A stretch of DNA of 64,000 nucleotides from Diadema antillarum (Eukaryota). Numbering within the stretch: the stretch's first letter is position 1; every line of letters starts with the position of its first letter. Shown here one piece after another: positions 24,644 to 36,955 of the stretch. Location: NCBI RefSeq assembly GCF_040938485.1, contig NW_027271622.1:930001-994000 (forward strand). The letters are read 5' to 3'. The translations under genes and the position numbers were made by a program. The notes beneath the pieces are model-generated. The model worked only from the letters and a program-made list of their open reading frames with translations. It had not been told where the DNA came from and searched no databases.

Positions 24644-26981
24644 GGCGACAAACCTCGCATATACATAATGTCACATGTTCAGGAGAGAAAAACAAAAACA
24701 GAAACAAAAAGCAAACAAACATGGCAGCCAAAGCACTATAACAAATGAGAGAACCTTTCCTTTGACATGCCATGGTAGCTTCATTTTTTGGGTGAAGACA
24801 GCAAAGGTTTGGACAGGACATCATTAACTGATTATCTGTTTATTCAAAAATGTCATTTTCACCAAAATTTCAGATACACAGGGTCTTGTCGCCCAAGCGA
24901 CGATATCATACACACGAGGGGATGGAAAAATCACAGGTAACGCGCAGTAAAACAAACAAACAAACAACAACATGTAAGGTAATAGTTGATAGTCCAGTAC
25001 TTACGAATATCATAATCACGCAGAGTGCTTTTGAAACTACCTTTGTATTGATATCTACTATAGTGGTCATGGATGCAACCATTTCTAGTGACGTAATCAG
25101 AATATGCCACAAGTTTCATAAGAGTACGCGGCGAGACTCACAAGAATACAAGACAAATTTGAACACCAAATACCAGCAGGCCATAATTTAATATTACTCT
25201 TATAACCAAAAAGGATTAACTTCACATCAGTCTGCGGAGCCCTTATTGGCTACCACAGGCATTACTCAATAACAATTATTGTGCATAAAGAAATTTTCAG
25301 TCTTATCTTTGTGTTTGTACGTTTCAGTATATGATGTCAATATCATTTTCTTTCCATTACGTGTTAAAGTTCCGTTTGAGACACAGCGGAATATCTCAGT
25401 ATATTACAATACCATTGTGACATTCATTTTGGATGCCACTAATTGTTGGCTGATTTGACAATTTTGCTCAACCGAGTTGAATTCAAGAATACGGATTATT
25501 GCTTTTAATCACTCGCTTCACTTTATAGCACAATATTTCACAATTTATAAGAAAATATCAAGGAATTTCCGTTTATACAGGACATTTGTAAATATCTCAA
25601 AACCTTCAGCATTCTCGAAATGGGGTGAGACCATCAATTTATTTTCAAATTTTTACCATTTAGAAAAAAAAAATATTAACATTGGAATTTCAATTTCTGC
25701 CAATTAATTTGGCGGTCATCTTGGACATCTCAAAACCCTAAGGAACGCAAAAATGGCAACAACAAAATGTCGAGGGTGCTGAATAGGGTCTCAAAAATTT
25801 CAATATTGACAGTTATTTTGGCGGTCATCTTGGAATTCTCAAAACCCCCCAAAACACAAGAGTTGCATCAACCAGGTTCGGATTCAACACCTTCTAAATA
25901 GCGTAAAACCACCAATTGTTTTCAATTTTACACCATTTAGACCGAATTAGGGGGCCTAAATTGGAATTTCCGTTTTTGACGGCCATTTGGGGCCATTTTG
26001 GTGGCCATCTTTATCATCTCAAAACCATTAAGGATGCAAGAGCTGGATCCTGCAGCTTGAAATTCAGCAAACTCAAAATAGGGTAAAACCATCAGTTTGT
26101 TTTCAATTTTACACCATTTAGAAGGAAAAAGGGGGTCTCTACTCTACATGTGAGTTTCCATTTTTGGCGGTCATTTTGGTGGCCATCTTTATTATCTCAA
26201 AACCCTTAAGGATGCAAGAGTTTTATCAAGACTCTGATTCAGCACCCTCGAACTAGGGTAAAACCATCAATAGTTTTTCAATTTCTCACCATTAAGAAGG
26301 AAATACAGGGGAATTTCCGGTTTTGGCGGCCATTTTGGCGGCCATTTCGGCGGCCATCTTGAATATCTCAAAATCCTCAATGATGCAAGAGTCGCATCAG
26401 CAAGATTCGGATTCAGCATCCTCGAAATAGCTTAGAACCATAAATTGTTTTGAACTTCTTACCATTTAGAAGGAAATACATAGGAATTTCCGGGTAATTT
26501 GGCTGCCATTTTGGCGGCCATCTTGAATGTCTCAATATCCTCAAGGATGCAAGAGTCGCATCAGCCAGATTCGGGTTCAGCACCCTCGAAATAGCTTAGA
26601 ACCATAAATTGTTTTCAATTTCTAACCATTCAGAAGGAAATACATGGGAATTTCCGATTTTGGCGGCCATTTTGGCGGCCATCTTAAATATCTCAAAATA
26701 TTCAAGGATGCAAGAGTTGCATCATCCAGATTTGGATTCAGCACCCTCGAAATAGGGTAAAACCGTGAATTGTTTTCAATTTCTCACCATTTAGAAGGAA
26801 ATACATGGGAATTTCCGGTTTGGGCGGCCATTTTGGCGGCCATCTTGAATATCTCAAAACCCTCAAGGATGCAAGAGTTGCATCATGCAGATTCGGATTC
26901 AGCACCCCCAAAATAGGGTAAAACCATCAAAATACATTGGGTGGACGGCAAAACAAGGTTCAGCCTTTGGCACCCAGACTA
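23172..26981. mobile_element. 3.81-kb non-autonomous Academ-like foldback element with minisatellite arms
   Basis: Termini TAGTCTGGGTGCCAAAG ... CTTTGGCACCCAGACTA with a perfect 3-bp TSD GTT. Arms (about 23.2-24.1 kb and 25.7-26.95 kb) are inverted arrays of a ~160-180-bp repeat. Superfamily inferred from TAG..CTA termini plus 3-bp TSD. Confidence 0.85.
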
Positions 26982-27968
26982 GTTATATCGGTGCAGTGTG
27001 CATGTTATTTTTTTGGAATATTTACCTAGCAGAGCTATATTGTCATCATTGAAAAGAAAATTGTGTTTGATTAAGAGGAAAACAAAAGACTACTTGTTAT
27101 ATAAAAGCTAATCTCAAGCATCCCTTTTTATTTTTGAAATGGAAATACTTCTGCCGACGAATCTGGCGGCATTTCAACCTCATAGAAGATGTAAGGGCAA
27201 ACGTTTACAGTGCATACCAACGCAGAAATTGTATTTCTAGGAATGGAAAAGCTGAAGCAGGAAAGACAGTTATTTTTCCTTTAGAGAATAGTGAAACACG
27301 AAAGATCGCTTATTTCATTTGTCCGTTTGTTGCTGTTATTGTGATTGCGTGTCAGAGCTTAAACATTCCCCCCCCCCCCCCCCGGAACTCGGATTTGTTT
27401 TACTCGGTGCACAAAACACGCACACACCAACACGCACACACACACACACACACACAAGCCCACAAACATGAACACACACACATACAAACGCACAGACACA
27501 TATACTCTCTCTACGTAGGCCCTAATTCTATTCAATCTGATTCATTTTATTTTCCTCTTCCTCAGAACCCAACATAACACAACAATAATTGACAATATGA
27601 TGATGAAACATAGAAGTGATTAACGAAATAAAAATGTCTGTACATATATAGTTTTAAAACAAACCTGTTAATTATCCACGTTCTGAGAGAAAAAAATTGA
27701 GGGGTTTGCTAATAAACAGACCGTTTGTTTATATATATACATATTATATTATGCTGTCATTTATATTTCACATGTATAGATATTTGTCTATTATGTGAAT
27801 AAGCATGAACAGTGAACTTGCTTCTTGCGTTTAAACACGAAGTTCCGTGTGATTTGGGGAACCAGCGTTTGAATTTTTTGAGCTCCAAGTTTCTAGCAGT
27901 GCTCTGAATATTACAAAATGAATCCAGCAAATATCATAGTAAGGCAAGCGAGTTTCTATTCCCTTTAA

Positions 27969-28350
27969 AGGGATCGTACAGTTTTGGTTGAGACCTAATT
28001 TCAGGTTTCTAACATTTTTTGGTGAAATAATGAGAAACCTCATATGAAATATAAAAGAGCATGTGATTCTATGAGAAATTCAACGTTTATTTGATGAAAA
28101 TTGGTTTTGAAATGGCTGAGATATCTAAAAAAGAGCGATTCTAAGAAAGTGTGGGACCCACACTTTGTTACGATCGCTTTGTTTTACTTTGTTTTTGGAT
28201 GTTTTAGCCATTCCAAACCCGATTTTCATCAAATAAACTTTGAATTCCTCTTAAGATGGTATGCTCTGTACTATATCATAAATGTTTTCTTGGTATCTTG
28301 CAAAAAGTTAAAAGCCCAATTTTCATCTCCACCAATACTGTACCATCCCT
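27969..28350. mobile_element. Inverted copy of Kolobok-like MITE family 2
   Basis: TTAA|AGGGATCGTACAG ... CTGTACCATCCCT|TTAA; reverse complement of 18767-19148. Confidence 0.88.
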
Positions 28351-28482
28351 TTAATCTATATCGTCGGTCGGCCTTGATGAAACCTTTGCATAAATGATAT
28401 AGGTTTCAAATAGGTATCATGGGCCCTATTTATGGGATCCAAGGTTATAGATTATCACCTAGTACTCTGCACCTGACATGAC

Positions 28483-28534
<52 letters not shown>

Positions 28535-28553
28535 CGATCGATATTGATTGATT
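28483..28553. repeat. (GATT)n microsatellite
   Basis: Direct reading. Confidence 0.9.
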
Positions 28554-29421
28554 AATTCGGCAAACTAAAGCAAAAGTGTAAAATATACATCATAAAATAG
28601 GCAATTCAATAACAACCAGGCCAGCCTGTAAGCATCACGTGTTTCAGACATCTCGAGCTTATTAGGTTGTTCATTTACAAAGGAGCTGAATTTTCACAAT
28701 CGCAAAATTACAAATGATTTTGTGTGAAGTCAAGTAAATAAACTAAACACCCTTGCACGAGCACATGCACATCAGATACACCCATACACAACACACACAT
28801 ATACTCAGTAGACATGCTGCGGTAGATAGGAATAGAAGAAAGAATAGAGAAATAGAGCTTGTCAAATAAGCCATGGTTAACTTCTCGACGACGACGACAA
28901 CAACAACAACAACAACAACAAAGAGCGCTTCCTAAACATTATCACTTTGTTAAGCTCCACTTAAAAGCAGTTTTACTTACCACATTCCATTCATTTACAC
29001 CAGTAACCCAAATAGAGTATAGATCGTAGACAGTCAATTTGAGTGAAAATTATTCAGAGAATGAGTTAAATACATGTAAAAAATGAATGGGAATTTGCTT
29101 GGAACATCAAAGTTATTTTCAAATGCACAAGGGAACATGCCTTCACCATGTACAAATTAGAATATTCAGTCTGACATGTTCTCGTAATGGCAAAATCTTA
29201 AATGTGATAAACCGTGTTGAAAAGATTCAAAAGGCTGGATGTGTGGAATTCTATTCTGGTATATGTTTGTTTGTTGTTTGCCATGATTTTTCTTATCTGT
29301 TGTCATGTTTGAACATGTGTTATTTTTCATTTTTTTGAAGCGCCATGAGCACTGAAAGGTGGATCTGTAGGCTAAAGTATGCATTGTCATTCTTGTCATT
29401 CATTGTTATTCTTGTTATCAT

Positions 29422-31166
29422 CAGTGGCGTATCTAGTGAAAACGGCGCCCGGGGCAAGCGCGAAAATTGCGCCCCTAATTTCTGAAAAAGTGTTCAACCC
29501 CAACCCCATCCCGGTAGGGACTTTAAACAAAGTGCACATGATATGCTTTTTCAAGCACTTAAAGGGGTCTTTTGAGAGTGTAAATGTAATGTTTAAATGT
29601 AATGAATTTTGATAAATTTTGGCGAGCGAGCGCAGCGAGCGAGCCGAAAATTTTTGTATTTAAGCTTCCAAAACATGGAATTCTTGTCATTTTTTGCTTA
29701 TCAAATCTTACAATTCTAATCAAGATATAGTGACGGCCTTATAGATAACGATTTCTACCAACAAACTGAGGACTTTAAAAAATACTCTAGATTAGTACAC
29801 GCGAGTGAGCCGAATTTGTATATTTCCGCGTCATTATCACGTTTTGTTCTTATCTCTTTTTTTTTCTGATAAATTTTGGCGAGCGAGCGCAGCGAGCGAG
29901 CCGAAAATTTTTGTATTTCAGCTTACAAAACATGGAATTCTTGTCATTTTTTGCTTATTAAATCTTACAATCAAGATATAGTGACGACCTTATAGATAAC
30001 GATTTATACCAACAAACTGAGGACTTGAAAAAATAACTATGTTTTATAGTACGAGCGAGTGAGCCGAAGTTTGTATATTTCCCCGTCATGATTACGTTTT
30101 CTTCTTATCTTTTTTGGTTTTTTTTTTGGCGCCCCCCCCCCCCCGTATGTTCGAAACCGTTGGCGTCCGTTGGCGTCCTCTTTTGATCCAATCGGCGATC
30201 GCTTAAGAACGAATGAAATTGCAGCCGCGTTCCGAGTAACATTTTTCCTGCTAAATATGAAATGACATGTGTGAACACAATAGACATTGTCATTTTGTCC
30301 GCGTCATCGTCACGTTTGTTTGTTTGGTTGGTTTTTTTTTTTGATAAATTTTGGCGAGCGAGCGCAGCGAGCGAGCCGAAAATTTTTGTATTTCAGCTTA
30401 CAAAACATGAAACTCTTGTCATTTTTTGCCTATTAAATCTTACAATTCTAATCAAGATAATTATATAGTGACGGCCGTATAGATAACGATTTATACCAAC
30501 AAACTGAGGACTTGAAAAAAATACTCTAAATTGTACGAGCGAGTGAGCCGAAATTTGTATATTTCCGCGTCATCATTACGTTTTGTTCTTATCTTGTTTG
30601 ATTTGTGTGTTTTTTGCGCCCCTCCCCCTCCCCCATGTTCAAAACCGTTGGCGGTTTCTTTTGATCCAATTGGCGATCGCTTCAGAACGAAAGAAATTGC
30701 AGCCAATGCTCCGTGAAACATTTTTCCTGCTTAATATAAAATGACATGTGTGAACACAATAGACATTGTCATTTTGTCCGCGTCATCATCACGTTTTGTT
30801 CTTACCTTCTTTTTTCATATAAATTTTGGCGATCAAGCCGAAAATTTTTGTTTTTCAGCTTACAGAACATGGAATTCTTGTGTGAACACAATAAACATTG
30901 TCATTTTGTCCGCGTCATCATCATGTTTTGTTTTTATCTTGTTTGATTTGGTTTTCTACCCCCCTCCCCACCATTCTCCCTCCCCCCCCCCCCCCCTTTC
31001 CGGGCGTGTTTTTTTTCCTTCTTCTTCTTCTTCTTCTTTTTTTTTCCTTCTTCTTCTTCGTTTTTTCCTTTTTTTTCTTCTCCTTCGTTTTTTTTCGTTT
31101 TTTGCGCCCCCTAGGAGTGGCGCCCGGGGCACGTGCCCCCCTTGCCCCCCCCTAGATACGCCACTG
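29422..31166. mobile_element. 1745-bp non-autonomous hAT element with internal minisatellite
   Basis: Perfect 15-bp TIR CAGTGGCGTATCTAG / CTAGATACGCCACTG and perfect 8-bp TSD GTTATCAT (29414-29421, 31167-31174). Internal repeat units start at 29612, 29869, 30344 and 30819. Confidence 0.93.
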
Positions 31167-31189
31167 GTTATCATTGTTACTATCATCAA

Positions 31190-31546
31190 GGGCGGTGAGT
31201 TGGCTCAGTCGGTAGCGCGTCTGCCTCACGATCACGCGGCCCGACTTCGAACCCGAGTCTCTACTGAGCAATGTTGTGTGTAAGCATACCGTCCCCTCTA
31301 GCAAGAGGCAAAACACTCTGTTCCTCGGATAGGACATTAATATGGAGGTCCCGTGTATGAGAGAGTAACAACTCATGCACGTAAAAGATCCCGCTTCATT
31401 CATTCATCGCAAAGAGCAGGTTGTTTACCCGATGAAGTGGTCCCACCTCAAATCCTATACTGGACCCCATGGAAGACCAGCTTTACGTAGTTGAATATGG
31501 GCTATCCAACCATCTTCTCAGATGGAAATTGAACAAATAAACAAAC
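31190..31546 (+). mobile_element. tRNA-headed SINE with Deu/Nin-like central domain
   Basis: A box TGGCTCAGTCGG and degenerate B box CTTCGAACCC. The body GGATAGGACATTAATATGGAGGTCC...GTAAAAGATCCC...ATCGCAAAGAGCAGG resembles the Deu domain as recalled from DeuSINE consensus sequences. (AAAC)-type tail. Confidence 0.72.
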
Positions 31547-33094
31547 ATCTTTGTGATCGTCATGATTATTTCTATTACCACTATTATCATTATTACTGTT
31601 ATTACTATCATTATTATTATAATTATTACTATTATCGTCATTATTATAAATAAACATATAGTTTCGTTTTTGAAGGAAAAAGCTAAACATGATGTGCTAT
31701 TATGATGTGTTACTTAACATCAAACAAGTAAAGCAATTACTGAGGCTAAATACCGATATCAATTACTGAGTCCAACAATGAGACGCCCCCACCCCAAGTC
31801 AAAAAGCTTTTATCCTATGAACCCATTGGACAATTGGGAAATAACTATAGTCATTATGGGCATGTTTGTCCATGAGCCAAGCAATCAAATTATGATACAT
31901 ATTATGTTCTCCGGGGTCTCTTTTGCAATCAAATTGCGTAAATATAAAATCCTTGACTAGCCATATCGAAGAGCGGAGAAACTGTGTGGTCATCCTTGAT
32001 ATGGATTGTATTCATAACCCAATTTCTTCTATCAGGAACAAAAATCATACACGGTATTTTCAGCATACGTACTATTTGCTTACAATTGCTTCGATGGATA
32101 ATTGAGCCTTACGCGCTGTAGAATATATTCGGAAACTAAAGTCAGGACTCGTGCCACTGCTGATGTATACGAGAGCATTGCCAGTGTTGTTTGTCATATT
32201 TGCGTTTCATAGAGAGGCGCACACATTGTGGTAGTGAAAACAAAATATACATAGGCATGGATACTTTACCCATTTTACATTCTGCCCTGTAGGCTGAGAC
32301 ACATGTTGATTTTGACAGGGTGCCATGCATCGCTTATCTCCTACTGACCACTAGTTTGTTTGTATTGTCTGTTTTAGTGTTACATATTCCACGTTTCAAC
32401 AAATAAACCATAAACATAACAATAAAAGAGTATGTGAATTGTAGAATACAACAATTAAGACAATTGAACATACTAAATATATAAAGAATCTAAATAGAAC
32501 ATAGAAGCATTGCTTGTATTTTGAGGGAGTAGATTACTATAGATGCCGATATGAGATGGATTCTTACTTGAAATTTAAAATTGAAAGGAATGGCAATTGA
32601 TAAATTAGAGAAATATTGACGTCGAAGAATTAAAATCATGTATCGTTACGTAAAAAAACATATCTGTGACACAAAACTTCCAGAGAGTGGCGTGATCACC
32701 GTCCCGGTGTGGAACCTTGTATCATTGGTAATAATACGTTGTCATGAGAACTGAAGTGATAAAGACAAAATAACAATACTTTTTGTTTAAATGACTTTTA
32801 AGATTGAGACCGTATTATTTCTCTTTCCCGATCATTCCAGTATTTAGGTCCTGTCAAGCCTTTGGTAGTCATTGTTTCTAGCGCAGATAAAGTCCGTACA
32901 GGAGAAAAATGAAAATAATCTTTTTATCTTGTAGGGTAAGAGACTGAAGTGATAAAGACGAAATGACAATACTGTTATATTCAAATGAATTAAAACATTG
33001 AGACGGTATATTATTTCTCATCATTCAAGAATTTATGTTCTGTCAAGCCTGTGGTAGTTATTGTTTCTCTACATACTAACATAATACATACTGG

Positions 33095-34440
33095 CTAATT
33101 TCGTGTTACTATCGCATACTAATATTGAAATATGACATTGCTGTCCAATACGTCGTGCTCATAAAATTCCTATTCAACGGGTGAATATGGAGACAAACAA
33201 ACGTGTGATTTCTGACGTGGTTACCCGTTGTAATTTACCAACTCAATAATGATGTATTTGTATCTAGCAAATTTAAAAAAAAAGAAGAAACCAACCTTTT
33301 GGTATCCATACATTATATACTTACATTTACTTTCGGGCATATGAATATTGTGACTTAGGACTTGTTAATACACACTAACAGTGAAATATCACGAAATTGC
33401 AGTTCAATACGTTGTGTTCATAAAATTCCTATTCAACAGGTGAATATGGAGACAAACAAACGTGTGATTTCTGACGTGGTTACCCGTTATAATTAACCAC
33501 TCAACAATGATGTATTTCACTGTAAAAACAGATTTAACACCATGGGTGTTAAATTTAACACCGATCAAGTGTTAATAGAGGACCACACCCACAGGTGTGG
33601 AAAATGCACTGTGATGGAGTTGAAAAGTGTTCACCTGACACTTCGTGGTGTTAATATGACACTGTACTTGGTGATATTTTGACACCGTACTGGTGTTAAT
33701 TCAAAAATGACACCACATGGTGTTGATTTGATATTTGTTGGTGTTAATATCAATGGTTTAACACCCGTCCAGCTTCAATAAGAGACCACACCAGCTGGTG
33801 TTACAGTGGTGTAAATTTATTTTCAAATTTTTTTCAAAAATCTAGTCTTTTAATGTAAAATTCTAGATCGTCTTGTTTAAATTAAAAATCAACAAGAAGT
33901 GCAGTTACTAAGAAACTCTTCAAAAAACAGTTTTATATTTGGAAATGACACCCGGAGGTGTTAATTTAACACCATGAATGAGCACCGAAAATTTAACACC
34001 AGCTCGGTGTTTACTATTTAACACCGAACTTTTTGCAGTGTTGTATCTAGCAAACTTAAAAAAGAAGAAGAAACCAACCTTTTGGTATCCATACATTATA
34101 TACTTATATAGACGTACGGGCATATATTGTGACTTATATCTTGTTACCACACACTAATAGCGAAATGTTATGATATTGAAGTTCAATCTAATTCGATTCA
34201 TAGTTTATTTCATTTTTCGACAAAACATACATATTTCACTTCCTTTGATGACATCGAATGAGGTAAAAAGAACATAAGAGAATGAACAGACTATACACCA
34301 ACTGAGGAACCTTATAGCAATTATACATTGTAGTAAAAAAGAAACAGAAGTAGTAGAAATAAAGTTCAATACGTTGTGTCTATAAAATCACTGCTCACCA
34401 TGCAGGTTAATATGGAAACAAAATGTGTAATTTCTGACGT
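33095..34440. repeat. ~260-bp tandem repeat (about 3 copies) interrupted by insertions
   Basis: CAATACGT..CATAAAATTCCTATTCAAC..GTGAATATGGAGACAAACAAACGTGTG recurs at 33146 and 33405 and, more diverged, at 34367. Confidence 0.75.
33518..34040. mobile_element. 523-bp CACTA/EnSpm-type MITE
   Basis: TIR CACTGTAAAAA ... TTTTTGCAGTG and dense subterminal (TTA)ACACC/GGTGT motifs. The 2-bp TSD TT is confirmed by the empty site GATGTATTTGTATCTAGC in the neighbouring repeat unit (~33250). Confidence 0.88.
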
Positions 34441-34627
34441 ACGACGAAGCCATATTTCCGTGATAATTATTTGCTTTCAGCGAGATCATGCTTGACGTTC
34501 ATCAATAAAGGCTTTTAATGAAAATCTACCACTTCTCGGAGCAACCTCCCTCCCCCTCCCCCAACCCCCCCCCCCCCCCCCCCCCCCTCCCTCCGGAGAG
34601 GGAGCAAATAACACATATGCTTTTTAA

Positions 34628-35010
34628 AGGCATAATTTACCATTTGCAGATGAAACACACACACAAAAAAACAGCATTAGTGCTTTAAAGTAGTTCTAAA
34701 ATGTGAGTTAGGGATAGAAACAATCACTGTAAAAATTTGAATCCGTATAGTCGATGTTAAGTGTTGTTGAATACACAAAATGTGCACAATAGTTATAATA
34801 AAAATGTTTCCAGACTAAACCGTCTACAGTTATGGTTTATTGAAAAACAAAACAAACATTGATATCTCCTTATATTTTAGGCTTTATTTCGAAAATGCTA
34901 TAAAGGTATGGTGGGATGTTTTGTGATGCAACGAACCTACACAAATGCATCAAAATGTGATATCTTGAACATTTTTGAAATCACTGCTCCCAAAGGTATA
35001 AACTGGACCT
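34628..35010. mobile_element. Kolobok-like MITE family 1, inverted copy
   Basis: TTAA|AGGCATAATTTACC ... AAACTGGACCT|TTAA; homologous to 214-589. Confidence 0.75.
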
Positions 35011-36029
35011 TTAATTATCATTATTATTGCTGCTCTGTGCGTGTTCGAACGTGTAATTGGTGACCACAGACCTACTTTCAGATAGAGTGACAGGTTAGCA
35101 GTGACTCGGGTAAATCTTGACAAATGGCAAACCTCAGCATAAAATGATTATTTAATACAGTTTATACCCCAATTAAAGCATTATGGCAGTTGATAAAAAA
35201 ATGGGAGAAACGTATAAATCCGGTTTTGAATTGAATGAATGACTGTATGAATGAAGGAATGAATGATGGAAATTAGATTGAGTGAACAAATTATATAGTG
35301 CAATAACAACCATAGCGTACGTTTACAGCCACGTCCAGTTGCACAGAAAAAACAAGGATTATAGGAACGAGAAAATAAGCATGTGTGCTAGTCATGTCTG
35401 GTTCTATGCACTTTAGGCAGTTAAAAAGTATTATGTCATAATGTGTTCCTGGTTAGTGATATGTTACTGTGATGTAAATATCAGTTAGCAATAAGATACT
35501 CTGGTGCTGAGAAACAAACACGAAAATAAGATTAAATGAACAATATATCATGTAATGAATCTACCGATAATAATCTGTAATACATACGTCATTGTCATGA
35601 ACAATGTCTACATCTAACAAAAACAAAAAGGTATTTACATTTCATTCGGGTGAATAATGTTAACGAAATCTCATGAGAATCTGAACTTTCTAACAAAAGT
35701 TCCTCTACAGCTTTACGAAAGCTTGACCATGTTGATTTCTACGTAATTTTGATTGGTAGGTCATTCCAAAAAGTTATACCTATAAGGAAAGATTAACACT
35801 CTTTTCCCAAGCTCGTCTTTTCGACAGGACTTCTCAATGATTCACTAGAATCGTAAGAAAATCAAGGGAGCTCGTTCACTCCTTATCGGTAGTTTTAACA
35901 CTTGCCTTTCAAATAAGAAGTATGATCTGGAGGTATGGGTTTCTTCAATTTATGTGCCTCTGCATAAATGAAATATGTAAGATCGCAACTGCTGATCTAC
36001 ATTCTAACAAACATGTCGGGAAAAAAAAA

Positions 36030-36099
36030 GAAGCAGTGGGAATCGAACCTGTTATCTACTGCTTTCCGCGCAGCGACACTACCAACAGGCTATCACTTG
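36030..36099 (-). other. Degenerate tRNA-like Pol III head (SINE remnant or tRNA pseudogene)
   Basis: Minus strand: A box TAGCCTGTTGG, intact stem-loop GCTGC-GCGGAAA-GCAGT, B box GGTTCGATTCC; acceptor and T stems do not pair. Confidence 0.5.
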
Positions 36100-36955
36100 T
36101 TGCCGGCAGTGACAGGATGAAATTGGAACAAATAGCCAAGCTCCGAAATTCCAACATTGATAAGTTAAGTTGTCCATGGTGGACAAGGCATTTTAAATGA
36201 AAGGAAGAAATCATGAACGAACAGTAGATGACAGTATAAGTTAAGTTGTCCATGGTGGACAAGGCATTTTAAATGAAAGGAAGAAATCATGAACGAACAG
36301 TAGATGACAGGTTCCTTTTTCCCCGACATGTTTGTTAAAAATGTGGATCAGCAGTTACAATCTGTAAATTTCATATATACAGATGGCAGACAAATAGAAG
36401 AAGCTCCTACCTCATATCTTCACCTCTCTGCTTAATGATCTTTTGCTTTCAAATATAATATTCACTGCTGATGGCAGGGTGTATTGAATAGATACTGACC
36501 TTTCGGAATTGAAATTCTGGTAATATATCATGATTTGAGAATAAAAAAGTATCATGAAAATGTGCTAATATATGACAGCCTGTTAAGATTTTTCCATGTA
36601 CCCTAAAGAATGAACAATAACGTTATTTAGGTTTTTATTTCACCTTGAAATTTTCCATGGTTTACATGGTCAAATGCCATCCTAGTGTGTTAGTCCCCTT
36701 AAGGTGTGTATTGTAAATGTGTTGAGAATAATAATCAGAAATTCTTTGAAGGCAACGGCGAAATTCGTCTTATTTACGTCATAAATTTATTATGTAATGG
36801 ATCTAGATTTGTTTTTCTTATGTAAAATTATGTTTATCAAGTTTTGTATAGAAAAAAAATGCTACAGAACCGATAATTCAACTGAAATGAAGTTACATGG
36901 TTATTGAATAAGGAACGATCTTATACTGCAGATTTATCCTTTTATACGTCTGAGT

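Noticed and set aside
24900-25180. Captured host exon in the centre of the 23172 element (minus strand ...AYSDYVTRNGCIHDHYSRYQYKGSFKSTLRDYDI|GTAAGT)
   Set aside because: It has a good donor but upstream stops/frameshifts and no family I can recognise; needs TBLASTX to revisit.
23236-26930. CRISPR-like or coding repeat array
   Set aside because: Units are contiguous 160-180-bp tandem repeats without unique spacers, in a eukaryotic transposon; their ORFs are short and inconsistent.
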